The notes: generated by a model from the letters alone, not told the origin. Positions 29,135 to 40,713 are shown, counted from the stretch's first letter. The stretch is 64,000 nt of DNA from an uncultured Planctomycetaceae bacterium (GCA_963825075.1 CAWGRX010000009.1:152188-216187); one strand, 5' to 3'. A program made the numbers and translations.

Positions 29135-31380
29135 ATGAAACACCTTTGGCTGTCGTTTATCGCCGTGTTGGTTGTCTCTTTTGGCGTTTTGGGGTGGATC
29201 GGAACACGCATCTATCAAGCCAGGCCGCCGCTGCCCGACCGGGTGGTGACGATTGCGGGTGATGTCGTTATCGAAAACGGAGAGATCCGGGCCGGGCAAA
29301 ACGTCTGGCAGTCGTTGGGTGGCATGGAACTCGGCTCGGTGTGGGGGCACGGCAGCTATGTCGCTCCGGATTGGACCGCCGACTGGCTTCATCGCGAAGC
29401 GACGTTCATTCTCGACCGCTGGGCCAACGACGACTTCGATAAGGACTACGCGGACCTGGATCGCGAACAGCAAGCGCAACTCCAAGGCCGGTTGGCGGAG
29501 GTCCTGCGCGCAACACGTATGACCCGGAAAAGAAAACGATCACGATCGAGCCCATCCGGGCGGAAGCGTTCCAGGCCAACCGGGAGCATTACGCGGACGT
29601 GTTTACCAACGGGCGAGCGGATTATTCCATACCTCCCGGAGCCGTCACCGAATCGGACCGCTTGCAGAAGCTCTCGGCATTTTTCTTTTGGACCTCCTGG
29701 GCGGCAACAACAAACCGCCCGAATGATACGATCACCTACACGCACAACTGGCCCTACGAACCGCTCGTGGGCAACCGGCCCACGGGCGAAACGGTGGTCT
29801 GGACCGGCGTGAGCATCATCATGCTTCTGGCGGGCATCGCGGCCATGGTCTGGTGGCACGCCTCCCGGACCGAGGAAAAGGAATCGGGAGAATTGCCGGA
29901 AACGGATCCGTTAGGCAGTTGGGTCTCCACGCCGTCCCAAAAGGCTACGGTCAAATACTTTTGGGTCGTCTCGGCCCTGATCCTCGTGCAGATGTTGTTG
30001 GGCGTGGTCACGGCGCATTACGGCGTCGAGGGAAATGAGTTGTACGGCATCCCGCTTGCCAAATGGCTGCCCTACAGCGTGACTCGGACGTGGCATGTTC
30101 AAATCGGCTTGTTTTGGATCGCCACCGCCTGGCTGGCCGCGGGCTTGTTCATCGGCCCCTTGGTCAGCGAGCATGAACCAGTCGGGCAGCGGTTGGGCGT
30201 GAATGTCCTGTTTATCGCTCTGTTGGTCGTTGTCGTCGGCTCCTTAACCGGAGAGCTGTTGAGCATTCACGGCCAAATGCCGTCGGATTTGGCTTCGTTC
30301 TACTTCGGCCATCAGGGATATGAATACGTCGATCTGGGGCGGGTCTGGCAGATTGCCCTGTTCGTGGGACTTTTGCTGTGGCTGTTCTTGATGGTGCGGG
30401 TGCTGCTGCCGGCTCTCAGGCAGGCCGGGGAGCAAAAGGAATTGGTGATGTTGTTGGCCGTGGCCAGCACCGCCATCGCTTTGTTTTACGGTGCGGGTTT
30501 GACGTGGGGACAGCATTCGCATCTCTCGATGGTGGAATACTGGCGGTGGTGGGTTGTGCATTTGTGGGTGGAGGGCTTTTTTGAAGTCTTCGCCACGACC
30601 GTCATCGCCTTCTTCTTCATGCGGCTAAAACTTATCCGTCCCGGCGTGGCAGCGGCGGCGGCATTGTTGTCGGCCACGATTTTTCTTTCGGGCGGCATCA
30701 TCGGGACTTGCCACCACTTGTACTTTTCGGGAACGCCCACCGTGGCGCTGGCTTGGGGGTCGGTGTTCAGTGCCTTGGAGGTCGTGCCCTTGATGCTGGT
30801 CGGCTTCGAGGCGATGGAGGACCTGAGGCGGTCCCGCACGACGAAATGGGTCCAGCGCTACAAATGGCCGATCTACTTTTTCGTCTCGGTCGCCTTCTGG
30901 AACATGATCGGGGCGGGGCTGTTTGGGTTTATGATCAATCCGCCCATCGCGCTCTATTACATGCAGGGCCTCAACACGACGCCCGTCCACGGGCACGCCG
31001 CCCTGTTTGGCGTTTATGGAATGTTGGGCATCGGTTTGATGCTGGTGTGTTTGCGGGCGTTAATCCCCGGCGTGGAGTGGCGGGACGGGCTTCTCAAGTT
31101 TTCGTTCTGGGCCCTGAACGGTGGGCTGATGGCGATGTGCGTGTTGAGCCTGCTTCCGGTGGGCCTCATGCAAACTTGGGCTTCGGTGGATCAAGGCTAC
31201 TGGTACGCCCGCAGTGCTGAGTTCCTGCAGACGCCCGTTATGCAAAACCTGCGCTGGATGCGAGTGCTCGGCGATACGATCTTCTTCCTGGGAGCCGTCG
31301 CCCTGGTCATTTTCGTGGCGGGATTAAAAACGGGCCATTCGTTCCGAATCGAAGATGATTCCGCGAGTGGAGCGGAATGA
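29135..31380 (+). CDS. norZ: quinol-dependent nitric oxide reductase (qNOR, NorZ/NorB-like haem-copper oxidase), frameshifted near 29510
   Basis: N-terminal TM plus periplasmic extension. Motifs FGHQGYEY, GTCHHLYF and HGHAALFG (His ligands). About 14 TM helices. ORFs 29135..29812 and 29599..31380 are joined by deleting one base in ctgcgcgcaa. Confidence 0.85.
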
Positions 31381-31448
31381 GACGAATCCGAGATCGACCA
31401 GAAAACAAAACGCCACCCCGGCAGGAAAACCCGCCGGGGTGGTTCGAG

Positions 31449-32552
31449 TTACAACAGGTTGACAATTCGCTCGGACAGTCCCTTTTCCCCGAGCATGACG
31501 TTGAGCGTGCCGCTGGTGGCGATCTTCTCCAGAAGCTCCAACTCCCGCAGCCGCATGAGCACCGGGTTGTCGGCCAGCAGCTTGGCCGTGTTGGCCTGGC
31601 TGCGGATGGCCGCCGTCTCCTCCCGGCGGGCGATGAGGTTGGCCTCGGCCGCCTTCTTGGCTTCCGTGACCTTGTTCATCAGGTTCTTCATTTCGCCCGG
31701 CAGAATCACGTCCCGGATTCCCACCGAAGCCAGTTCCAGACCGAGCGCCTCCGCGCGAACCTGCACGGCGGATTCCAGTTCCTCGCTGACCGTGTCCTTG
31801 TCGTTCAAAAACACGTCCAATTCCCGCGAACCCACCAGCGCCCGCAGCGCCAATTGCACCTCGCGGTACAGGGCCTGACGGACGTCGTCCGTTTCGGTGA
31901 CGGCCTTCTTGGCGTTCGCCACGCGGTAGGTGGCGACGGCGTTCATGCGAAGCGTGACCTTGTCCGCGGTCATGATGTCCTGGCCGCTGACGTCGATCGT
32001 CGTCTCCCGCAGGTCCACTTCCACCACCCGCGAGTCCGCCACGTTCTTCCAGAACGCATACGTTCCCGCCGGCAGCGTGTCCACATACCGGCCGTCCTGG
32101 AACAAGACGCCCGCGTGGTTCCGCGAAATCGTGCACACGTCCAACAGCCGGCCGGCCATCGGCGACTGCACGATGACCTTGAAGTCCGGATGCTCGAACC
32201 GCACGCCGCGGGCGTCCACGATTTCCACGCGGACATCGCGGTGGGCCGTCCAGTAGGCGTAAAGTCCCGCCGGCAGGACGTGGCTGAACCGGCCGTCGAT
32301 CCACACCAGACCCCGCTCGTAGTCCTTGAGGTCCAAGACCACGGCCAGGTCCTTGAGGACCCCCGACTTCACGATCATGTCGAGCTTCTCGTGAACCAGC
32401 CACGGGTCGCGCTGCGAAACGATCTGCACGTCGGCCTTCGCCAACGGATCGAACAACCACCGCGTACCCGGTCCCCACAGCGCCCGAAACTCGCCGTCGT
32501 AAAAGAACAGCCCCATCTCGTCGCTATGAATCTTGATTCGCTTGAGCATCAT
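31449..32552 (-). CDS. SPFH/band-7 (stomatin/prohibitin-like) domain protein
   Basis: 367 aa with an SPFH core and a C-terminal coiled-coil (EAKKAAEANLIARREETAAIRSQANTAKLL). Confidence 0.8.
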   Translation of the reverse strand: MMLKRIKIHSDEMGLFFYDGEFRALWGPGTRWLFDPLAKADVQIVSQRDPWLVHEKLDMIVKSGVLKDLAVVLDLKDYERGLVWIDGRFSHVLPAGLYAYWTAHRDVRVEIVDARGVRFEHPDFKVIVQSPMAGRLLDVCTISRNHAGVLFQDGRYVDTLPAGTYAFWKNVADSRVVEVDLRETTIDVSGQDIMTADKVTLRMNAVATYRVANAKKAVTETDDVRQALYREVQLALRALVGSRELDVFLNDKDTVSEELESAVQVRAEALGLELASVGIRDVILPGEMKNLMNKVTEAKKAAEANLIARREETAAIRSQANTAKLLADNPVLMRLRELELLEKIATSGTLNVMLGEKGLSERIVNLL

Positions 32553-32617
32553 CTCTCCATCCTCCTATATAAAACCAACAAACCTGCCCCAAATGTCTTT
32601 CGACAGTGCAAGAAAAG

Positions 32618-32701
32618 TAGCCGCAGGGGGGGGCACCGCCCGCAGGGTGGTCCGCCCCGGTTTATCCGATTTGCTCTATAACATTCGCGGAACCGGACGC
32701 T
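32618..32701. repeat. REP-like palindromic repeat, copy 2
   Basis: Near-identical to 9062..9125 apart from G-run length (8 vs 6) and a divergent central segment. Both copies end in aaccggacgct. Confidence 0.5.
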
Positions 32702-33078
32702 AGCGCGTGCCGGCTGATAAATTCAAAAAGCCTTTGGGAAACGGTTCGGTCGCCGATCACACCGTTTGCTGCGGAGTGCCGCTTGAGTGGCCGCTGCAAA
32801 GAGTTTTCGGTTCCCTCGGCAAATCGGTCGAGCGGTGGACGAATCCAATCGCCTGAGCCGATCCGCGTGGGGAGCCGTCCGCGCGATGCAGACGGGCACG
32901 GTATCCGCGCACTGCAAGGCAACATTGGGTGCTGCCTGCTTTGGTGGATGTTCGATTTCGCGAGGGTTCCTCGGAAACTGGAGACATCCCGCCAAACCAG
33001 GCGGATCAAACGATCGCCCGCCTCCCGCGGGCCGCTGGTGGATGCTTTCGCATCTCGTGAGATGGTTACGAGCCATCT

Positions 33079-33155
33079 TGGTCGTGACGACGGGAGTCGA
33101 ACCCGCAACTTCCAGATTGATGGTCTGGTGCTCTGTCCAATTGAGCTACATCAAA
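33079..33155 (-). tRNA. tRNA-like sequence (probable pseudo-tRNA): intact D-arm, T-arm (GCGGG-TTCGACT-CCCGT) and encoded CCA, but aberrant anticodon loop CCATCAA (no U33) and a mismatch plus two G:U pairs in the acceptor stem
   Basis: Manual cloverleaf fold of the minus strand. D-arm TAGCTCAATTGGACAGAGC. Anticodon stem CCAGA/TCTGG. Acceptor TTTGATG vs CGTCACG. Confidence 0.45.
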
Positions 33156-33290
33156 TTGAGTTCGCCGTTTAGAATCCATGTTCGGAACACGCTCCCACAA
33201 CCGCGGGCGCGGGTGGAGAGTGCCGCTGGACAAGCGAAATCAATCGGGCTTGCCTGAATCCTCTCCAGTCGATGTTTGGAGAGAACGAAG

Positions 33291-33362
33291 AGACGCCGGC
33301 GGGAGTCGAACCCGCTCAAAACTGCTTTGCAGGCAGCCGCCCGGCCATCAGGCATCGACGTC
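33291..33362 (-). tRNA. tRNA-Cys (GCA)
   Basis: Manual fold. Acceptor GACGTCG/CGGCGTC. D-stem GCCT/GGGC with loop GATGGCC. Anticodon stem GCTGC/GCAGT with loop CTGCAAA (U33, GCA, A37). T-arm GCGGG-TTCGACT-CCCGC. CCA not encoded. Confidence 0.8.
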
Positions 33363-33520
33363 GTATTTTGGTTATGCTCTCCTAGAGGATGCCCGCCTCG
33401 GAGAGGTTCGCCGATTTTTGGAAGTTGCCCGTTTTTTCTATGCGACGTGAGGCTATAAACTGGAAATCACTGAAAACGGAATGTTCTCCGCGCTGACCCT
33501 TTGCAAATCCTCAAAACCCC

Positions 33521-33991
33521 ATGACCGAACGTCCTCGACTTCTGCCGCAGATTCTTGCTGAAATCGCCGAAAGTGCGCCGGATCGGTTGCGACGGAAGCT
33601 CGATAAAAATCCCACCGTGGCGAATGAGTGGGATTGGTCCGTGGAGGGGGAGTGTTGGATCATTGATGCGGGCAGCGAACAAGTCCGGCTGCAAACGTCG
33701 GATGCCACAATTCTTGCCGCCGAGCATGTTTCGTGCAGTTGCCTGTTGAGTCCGCGGTGTTTTCACGTGCTCTCGGTGCTCTCCGTGTTGGAGTTGTCGG
33801 AGGCTCTTGTCGAAGAAGCGCCTGAAAGCGAAACGGACAATGAACCGATCGAAACCGAAGCTCCCGCGGAATTGACGGAAGATCAATTCATAGCGGCCCG
33901 GTCGATGTGGAGCGCGGCGGCGGGGATTTTGGCGGTGGGGGCCAGAGCGGCCGGAACGCTTCTCCAATCGCAGCTCCTGCGCGATTCATGA
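33521..33991 (+). CDS. SWIM zinc-finger (CxCxnCxH) domain protein, hypothetical
   Basis: Motif CSCLLSPRCFH, then an acidic linker. May continue into the next ORF through a frameshift near 33985. Confidence 0.5.
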   Translation: MTERPRLLPQILAEIAESAPDRLRRKLDKNPTVANEWDWSVEGECWIIDAGSEQVRLQTSDATILAAEHVSCSCLLSPRCFHVLSVLSVLELSEALVEEAPESETDNEPIETEAPAELTEDQFIAARSMWSAAAGILAVGARAAGTLLQSQLLRDS

Positions 33992-34040
33992 ATGCCGATG
34001 CCAGGGACTTCACCGCCTCGCGGCGGCGGGGCTGCGGGGT

Positions 34041-35303
34041 ATGCAAAACATCCGCTTGCTCCGCGAGAACGATGACACCTTTCGCAGCGAGGATTTGCTC
34101 GGCGATTTTACGGAGCTTTTGCGGGTCGCGTGGAGGTTGAGCCATGCCGAGGAAGTTCCCGGCCGGGAGTGGCTGGGCGTGGCCCGGCGGACGTTTGCCC
34201 CGGCAGGTTCCTTGAGGCTGGAAGGCTTATTCACTGAGCCGATCTTGACGCGGAGCGGCTACAGCGGCGTGGCGACTTATCTTTTGGCCGATGATGACAC
34301 GATCTCCAGCGTGAGCAACGTTCGGCCGGGAACGGCGGCGCGGATCGCGGAAGCCTATCACACCGGAACCGACTTGGGCGCGTTATCCGTGCCGCATCAG
34401 ATGCTCAATCGCCAGGCCCTGCTCGTGCAGAAAGCCACGCGGTCGCCGGACGGCCGGCTCGGCGGCGGCAAGGACTGCCGGGCCGTCGCCACGGATTCCG
34501 CGGGTTGGGACAGCGAGCCGGTCGCCCGGCGGTTTCAGGTGCCGCTTGCGGAACAAGTGGGCCGCGTGTTTGAACTCGACAAGCTCGCGTTTGCCGAGCA
34601 GCCCGCCGGTTGGGATTTGTTGTTTCTCGAAGGAATCATCCTCGGCAGCGATGGGGAGAATCTGTTTCTCCAATTGAATGAGGAGCCGGGACTCCTCAGT
34701 TTGAAGATCGCGGCCGATCATCCGGCCCTCGTGTTTCGGGAAAACTTGGAACTCTTGGCCCGCGTGCCGGGGTTGGCGGTTCGAATCATTGCGCGGATGC
34801 TGCTGAGCGATCCCGGCGATGCGTTGGCCTTGGCGCTGGCTCCCGTCGCGTCGGCTGAAAGTCCCAGCCCCTGCCGATTGCCCGACAAATGGCGGGGGCA
34901 CGTGAATTTGGGGATCGACAAGTTGGAGCGGGGCTTCTTTCAAACGGCCAAGCGGCAAGCCCACGTGATCGCCTCGCCGCATGCCAAAGAGCGAATCGCG
35001 GACGGTTTGGATTTCGTCCGCCGGCGACTCACGGCGGTGGTTCTGGGCGGCCGGCATGCGCTCCCCACGGGGCGGGTGGGGACGGCGGTGTCCGATGCCC
35101 GCACGCTCGATACCAACCTGCAACCCGCGGCGGCGTCGTTGCTCAAAGGTTTGACGCACTGCGCGATCGAAAGCCAAACCGATCTGTTGGGCGTTCGCTT
35201 TCCGCCCGACCCGACGCATCTCGCCGAGCGTTGGCTGGCCGGGGCCGTTTACGAAGAAACCGCCCGCCGGCATTTCCAGAAATGGAGCTGGCTGAAATTG
35301 TGA
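34041..35303 (+). CDS. hypothetical protein (possibly C-terminal part of the SWIM protein)
   Basis: 420-aa ORF in a different frame. Upstream the frame stays open back to about 33960, overlapping the end of the SWIM ORF. Confidence 0.45.
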   Translation: MQNIRLLRENDDTFRSEDLLGDFTELLRVAWRLSHAEEVPGREWLGVARRTFAPAGSLRLEGLFTEPILTRSGYSGVATYLLADDDTISSVSNVRPGTAARIAEAYHTGTDLGALSVPHQMLNRQALLVQKATRSPDGRLGGGKDCRAVATDSAGWDSEPVARRFQVPLAEQVGRVFELDKLAFAEQPAGWDLLFLEGIILGSDGENLFLQLNEEPGLLSLKIAADHPALVFRENLELLARVPGLAVRIIARMLLSDPGDALALALAPVASAESPSPCRLPDKWRGHVNLGIDKLERGFFQTAKRQAHVIASPHAKERIADGLDFVRRRLTAVVLGGRHALPTGRVGTAVSDARTLDTNLQPAAASLLKGLTHCAIESQTDLLGVRFPPDPTHLAERWLAGAVYEETARRHFQKWSWLKL

Positions 35304-35411
35304 GACGCGAGCGAATAACAGCTTGCCGCCCGTCCCGTTGGACTCTACAACAGAGTGGGAAGCGTAGTGGCTTTTTTTGGGTGGCTGAATCGGTTTAACC
35401 GGGTGGGAAAT

Positions 35412-37115
35412 ATGCGGGGTGTTGTTGCCTGTGGCCGGCTCGAACGGCGGAATTTTCGCTGGTCGTCGTTTTGGGGTGTTTTGCTCGGAACGGTGAGTTT
35501 GTGGGGATGTTCGCGGTCTTCCCCGGAGGCGGAAGAACCCGCCCAGCGGCCGGTGTCGGTCTTGATCTTGAAGGAAGATGCCCCCGCGCCGGTCATCCGC
35601 GTGAGCGGTTCGGTCGGATCGTGGAAAACCGAAGACCTGGGCTTTGAGGTTTCCGGGCGGGTGACGCGAGTCATCGAGCCGGAAAAAGACATCGAAGGCC
35701 GGGACTTGTGGATTTCCGGCCGCACCAGTGAGCCGACGGAACTCGCAAGGCTGGATGATTCCCGCTATGTCCTCAAGGCCAACAGCGCGAAAGCCGAAAT
35801 GGACGCGATGGATCAAAAGATTGAAGCGGTGAAAATCGAGCGAGACGACGTGATTCCCGCCCAGATTGCCGCCGCCGAGGCCGACCGCGAATTTTCCGCT
35901 GAAGATTATAACCGCAAGAACAAACTGTTCGAGCGGAACGCTGCGACCCGACAGGAACTCGATGCAGCCAAGGCCCAAATCGATGCCGCCAAAGCTCGAG
36001 TCGCCCAGCTCACGGCGCAAAAAGAAGCCAAGGCGGCGGAGGTGACTTCGCTCGACGCTCAAAGGGATCAGCAAAAAAACGACTGGGAAGAAGCGAAGCG
36101 CAACGTGGAAGATTGCGTGCTGTTTTCGCCCTTCCGCGGACAGGTGGCTCAGGTGCACGTGATCCCCGGCGGATATGTGGAACGCGGGCAGCCCGTGGTG
36201 ACCGTGCAGATGATGGATCCTATCAAGATCGACTTTGAAGTCTCCGCCGAGACCGTTCGCAAGCTGCCTAACAAAGGCCCGGTGGAGATTTCGTTTGCGG
36301 ACAAAGACGGAACAACCCGCAGGGAAACGGCCTTCATCTATCAAACCGATCCCACCGCCGACCCTGCCACGCGAACGTTTACGGTGACCCTCTTGTTTCG
36401 GAACGAAAAAATCCGCCCGGCGATTCCCGAAGAGTATCGAAACGTGCCTCTGCCCAGGACGCCGGAAGTTTGGCGGATGAACCGCGGGCTTACCGGGACC
36501 GAGGATCAATGGTTTCTGGAGAAACAGGCCATCGACGAGGATAAACAGGGACCGTTTTTGTGGCAGGTCGAACTCCCCGAACCGCCGCCGAAAAACATCG
36601 GACCGATTCTGAAGGTCAAGAAAGTCCGCGTCCAGCGGGGCGACTTGGAATTGTCGATCGTCGATCTTTACCACCTGGTCAACGTGAGCCTCCCCGACAG
36701 CGGGGGCCAGAACCCGCAGGATTTGCTGTTTACAGCGAAGCTCTCGCCGCCCGAAAAATGGGACGGGAAGACCGTGCTGTTGGATCAGAATCAATGGCTC
36801 TTGCGGCCGGGCGATCTGGTGAATGTCCATCTGAAACGCGGCGAACGAGACAGCGGCTTCTTCGTGCCCATGAACTCTGTGAAGAACGAACCCGACGGCC
36901 AATCGGTGTTCGTCGTGGAGACCACGGGAGGGAAGTCCACGCTCAAGCGGACGCCGGTGAAGCTCGTGGAAACCATCGGCACGCGGGTGCGGATTGAGCC
37001 GGCGGATGGCACCAAGTTTACCACCGGTACGCCGATCGTCGTGGGACGAGTGCATTATCTCCAAGACGACGAACCTGTGCGAATCGCGGAAACGATCGAG
37101 GAGGCCGCGCCGTGA
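35412..37115 (+). CDS. RND efflux periplasmic adaptor (membrane fusion protein) lipoprotein with about 250-aa C-terminal extension
   Basis: Lipobox LWGC. Coiled-coil hairpin and biotin-lipoyl-like segments (RLDDSRYVLKANSAKAEMDA...). 4-bp overlap with the downstream permease start. Confidence 0.8.
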   Translation: MRGVVACGRLERRNFRWSSFWGVLLGTVSLWGCSRSSPEAEEPAQRPVSVLILKEDAPAPVIRVSGSVGSWKTEDLGFEVSGRVTRVIEPEKDIEGRDLWISGRTSEPTELARLDDSRYVLKANSAKAEMDAMDQKIEAVKIERDDVIPAQIAAAEADREFSAEDYNRKNKLFERNAATRQELDAAKAQIDAAKARVAQLTAQKEAKAAEVTSLDAQRDQQKNDWEEAKRNVEDCVLFSPFRGQVAQVHVIPGGYVERGQPVVTVQMMDPIKIDFEVSAETVRKLPNKGPVEISFADKDGTTRRETAFIYQTDPTADPATRTFTVTLLFRNEKIRPAIPEEYRNVPLPRTPEVWRMNRGLTGTEDQWFLEKQAIDEDKQGPFLWQVELPEPPPKNIGPILKVKKVRVQRGDLELSIVDLYHLVNVSLPDSGGQNPQDLLFTAKLSPPEKWDGKTVLLDQNQWLLRPGDLVNVHLKRGERDSGFFVPMNSVKNEPDGQSVFVVETTGGKSTLKRTPVKLVETIGTRVRIEPADGTKFTTGTPIVVGRVHYLQDDEPVRIAETIEEAAP

Positions 37116-40100
37116 ACCTGCCTCAAATGTCCTTAAGGTATCGGGCGGTAGTGGTCACGGTAGTGTTGTTGCTGACGTTGTGGGGCATCGTGCAATACTT
37201 CACCATGCCCCGCCGGGAGGATCCCGAATACACCGTCCGCACCTGCGCGATCCTCACCTCGTGGCCCGGCGTGCCGGCGGAAAAAGTCGAAGAACTCGTC
37301 ACCTTCCCCATCGAAAAAGCCGTCGATTCCATCGACCGCGTGGAAAAGGTGCGGTCCACGACGACGGTGGGGCTGTCGGCGGTTTATGTGGATGCTTACG
37401 AATCCGTTCCATCAAGCTCCATCGACAACGTGTGGGACAAAGTCCGCGCCAACGTCGCCAAAGTCAAAATGCCCGAACCGAGCATCACGCCGATCGTCAA
37501 TGATGAGTACGGCGACACCAACATCATGTTGCTCGCCGTCTATCAAACGCCGCTGCCTGGCGAGGACGCGATCGATCCCGCCAATCGCTATTCGCTCCGC
37601 GAACTGGACGTCATTTCGCAAAAAGTCCGCGATGAAATCCGGTATGTCGAAGGCGTTGCGAAGGTCGAGCAATACGGCGTGCGGGATGAGGCCATTTATA
37701 TTGAAACCGACCTGGGCACGTGGTCGCAGCTCAACCTGACCACCGATCAGCTCGAGAACCTGGCTGCGGCTCGAAACATCGTGACCAGCGGCGGCACCTT
37801 GGAAACCGATGTCGGCCGGTTTTCCGTAAGCACCACGGGCGAGTTCGACGCGGCGGACGAATTGAACTCCATCATCGTCAAGGGCAGCACCGATCAAGCC
37901 AATCGATCCGGTTCTCCGCTCAAGCGGAAGGGAACCGAGCAATCGCCGATCTACCTTAGGGACTTGGGTTTGAAGATCAACCGCGACTACGCCGATCCGC
38001 CTCCGAACATTTATCGTTTCACCGGACCAAACACCTCGCAGCCTTGCGTGGTCGTCGCGCTCACGATGAAAGCGGGCGGAAACATCACTTCGATCTGCGC
38101 GGACGCTAAAGACCGCATGCGGGCAATGCAGGAGAAACACAAGACCCTCCCGCCCGATATTGCCGTCGTGCCGATTTCCGATCAATCGGTGAACGTCAAC
38201 GCGAAGCTCCAAGGCGTGTTCATCAATGTCGTGGAGGCCGTGTTGATTGTGGTACTGGTGGTGTATTTGATCGTGGGGTTTCGCTCGGCGGCGGTGATGG
38301 CGACGAACATTCCGATCGTCGTGCTGGCGACGATTGCGGTCCTGCCGACATTGGGCGTGGATTTGGAGCAGATTTCGCTCGCATCGTTGATTATCGCGTT
38401 GGGGTTGTTGGTGGATAACGCCGTGCAGGTCTGCGATCAATGCCGGACCAACCAGATCGCCGGCATGCCGCCCGCCGAAGCCACCATCACCGGAACGAAC
38501 CAGGTCGCGATGCCCATGCTGGCCGGCACCTTAACCACCGTGGCAGCGTTTTTGCCGATGCTCATCGGTCTCGTCGGCAGCAAACGGGAATACGTTTACA
38601 GCCTGCCGGTGACCTTATCCGTCACGCTGGGGATCAGTTGGTTGATGGCGATGACGTTTTGCAGCATTCTCGCCGCGACGTTCATTCGCACGCCCAAAGA
38701 TCCCGGCAAACCCAGCGCCCCTTGCCCTGGCTCTTCGACCGGGTGATGCGGCAGGTGAAAAAACGAAAAGGCCAAGCCGGCGAATCGTCCGCATCCAGCG
38801 AGAACGTCGTTCTCACGCTGTTCGGCAAAACGGCGGCGGGAGCGATTCGGCTCAAATTTCTCACCGTGGGTGTCGCGGTGCTGTTATTGGTGGGAGCCAT
38901 GATGCTCCCCATCGGTTCGGAGTTTTTTCCGCGAGACAACCGCGATCAATTCGCCGTCGAAGTTTGGCTGCCCGATAACGTGACGATCGAGGAAACCGAT
39001 CAAGTCGCCCGGCAGATCGAACAACTGCTCCAAAAACTCAGCCCCACCACGAATGCCGACGGCGAAACCGTCGAACGAATCCTGGGCATGCGAACTTCCG
39101 TGGGCTCGGGCGGCGCGAGGTGGTATCTCGGACGAAACCCCGAATCCAGCAAACCCAACTATGCCGAGATTCTAGTTCGCACCACCGATCCGCTGGTCAC
39201 ATCGAACCTGGCTCGCGAAGTGAAAGCTGCCGCGGCGAACGGGAATAAACAGTGGCGGATCGAACCCATCATCGGCGCGAGGATCATTCCCCGCGAACTC
39301 GCGCTCGGTCCGCCGGTGAATGCTCCGATCGGCATTCGGATTTTGGGGTCGGGCTTATCGAAGCCGGGTTTTGCGGATCTCCGCACGCTGCGAAGACTCA
39401 GCGAAGAACTCAAAGCGATCATGCGGAAGCACCACCAGACTTGGGACGTTCACGACACATTGGGGGCGGCGGGTTATCAACTGCGCGTGGAAGTCGATGA
39501 AGACAAAGCCAATCTTGCCGGCGTGACCAACCTCAACGTGGCCCGCACGCTGAATGCGTATTTCAGCGGCCAGTATCTGACGACGTTTCGCGAAGGCGAT
39601 CACCAGGTGCCGGTGTTTCTGCGGCTTGCCCCGCAAGAACGCGGATCGCTGTTGGAACTGAACAACGCCTTCGTCGAAGGTTTTAACGGAAAGATTCCGC
39701 TCAACTCAATTGCCCAGGTGAAGCCTCGGTTCGATCCCGCCACCATCGAGCGCTATCGCCTCAATCGGAACATCGAAGTCCGCGCCCGCGTGAAGGACGG
39801 CGCGCTTGCCAACGATGTGCTGAAAGAGATTATGGCGACTCCGGAATACCGGGACTTCGAAGCGAAGCTGCCGGCCAACTATTGGCTGGAAATTGCGGGC
39901 GAGCAGGAGGAGTCCGACAAAAGCAGCAAGCAAATGACCGTGTGCTTTACGATTTCGATTCTGTCGATCTTGATGCTGTTGGTTATCCAATACAACGGCT
40001 GGGCCAAGCCGTTCATCATTCTGGCCACGCTGCCGATGGCATTAATCGGGGCGTTTCCGGGGTTGTTTTTGATGGGGTATCCGCTGGGCTTCATGCCGCA

Positions 40101-40476
40101 GTTGGGATTGTTGTCGTTATTCGGAATCGTATTGAACACGGCGATCATCTTTTTCGAGTTTGCGGATCAACTCATCAAAGAGAAAGCCCAAACCTCCGCG
40201 GGCGAAGGTCCGATTCTCGGTATGACGGTGGACGAATTTCGCAGTTGCCTGGTCGAAGCCGGCAAACAACGCCTCCTGCCGATTTTTTTGACGACTGCGA
40301 CGACCGTGGGCGGCTTGATCCCGCTGGCTTTGGCGGGCGGACCACTTTGGGAAGGCATGGCCTGGCTGATGATCTTCGGCCTGTGCATCGCCACCGTGCT
40401 GACGTTGCTGGTCGTGCCCGCGATGTACGCCATCTTCGTCGAGACCTTTCATGTCCAGCCTGTACGATTGGATTGA
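37112..40476 (+). CDS. RND efflux transporter permease (AcrB/CzcA superfamily), frameshifted near 38720
   Basis: 12-TM RND architecture with two large periplasmic loops. ORFs 37112..38746 and 38440..40476 overlap. The frame is restored by extending the C4 run at 38718-38721 to C5. Confidence 0.85.
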
Positions 40477-40713
40477 TGCCCACGGCAGACGAGATGCGGG
40501 ATCTCCCCAGGTTGTCTTCCGGCCGGTCTTTGTTTCTGGTGTGACATCTTTGTGTATTCGGCAAAATCCCTCCAATCGGCAAAATCGGATTGATTTTCCC
40601 GGCCTGGAAGACCGATTTTGATGAAAAGCAGATTACGGACACACGCGCGGCGTAGCCGACGTGGGTTGATTTCAAGCCAGATGGAAACGGACAAATTTCA
40701 CCGGGAGGGTCAA

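Noticed and set aside
34383-37064. 893-aa minus-strand ORF spanning the SWIM-downstream gene and the RND adaptor
   Set aside because: Arg/Gly/His/Leu-rich composition typical of antisense reading of high-GC coding DNA. The plus-strand genes have clear family signatures (lipobox, MFP motifs).
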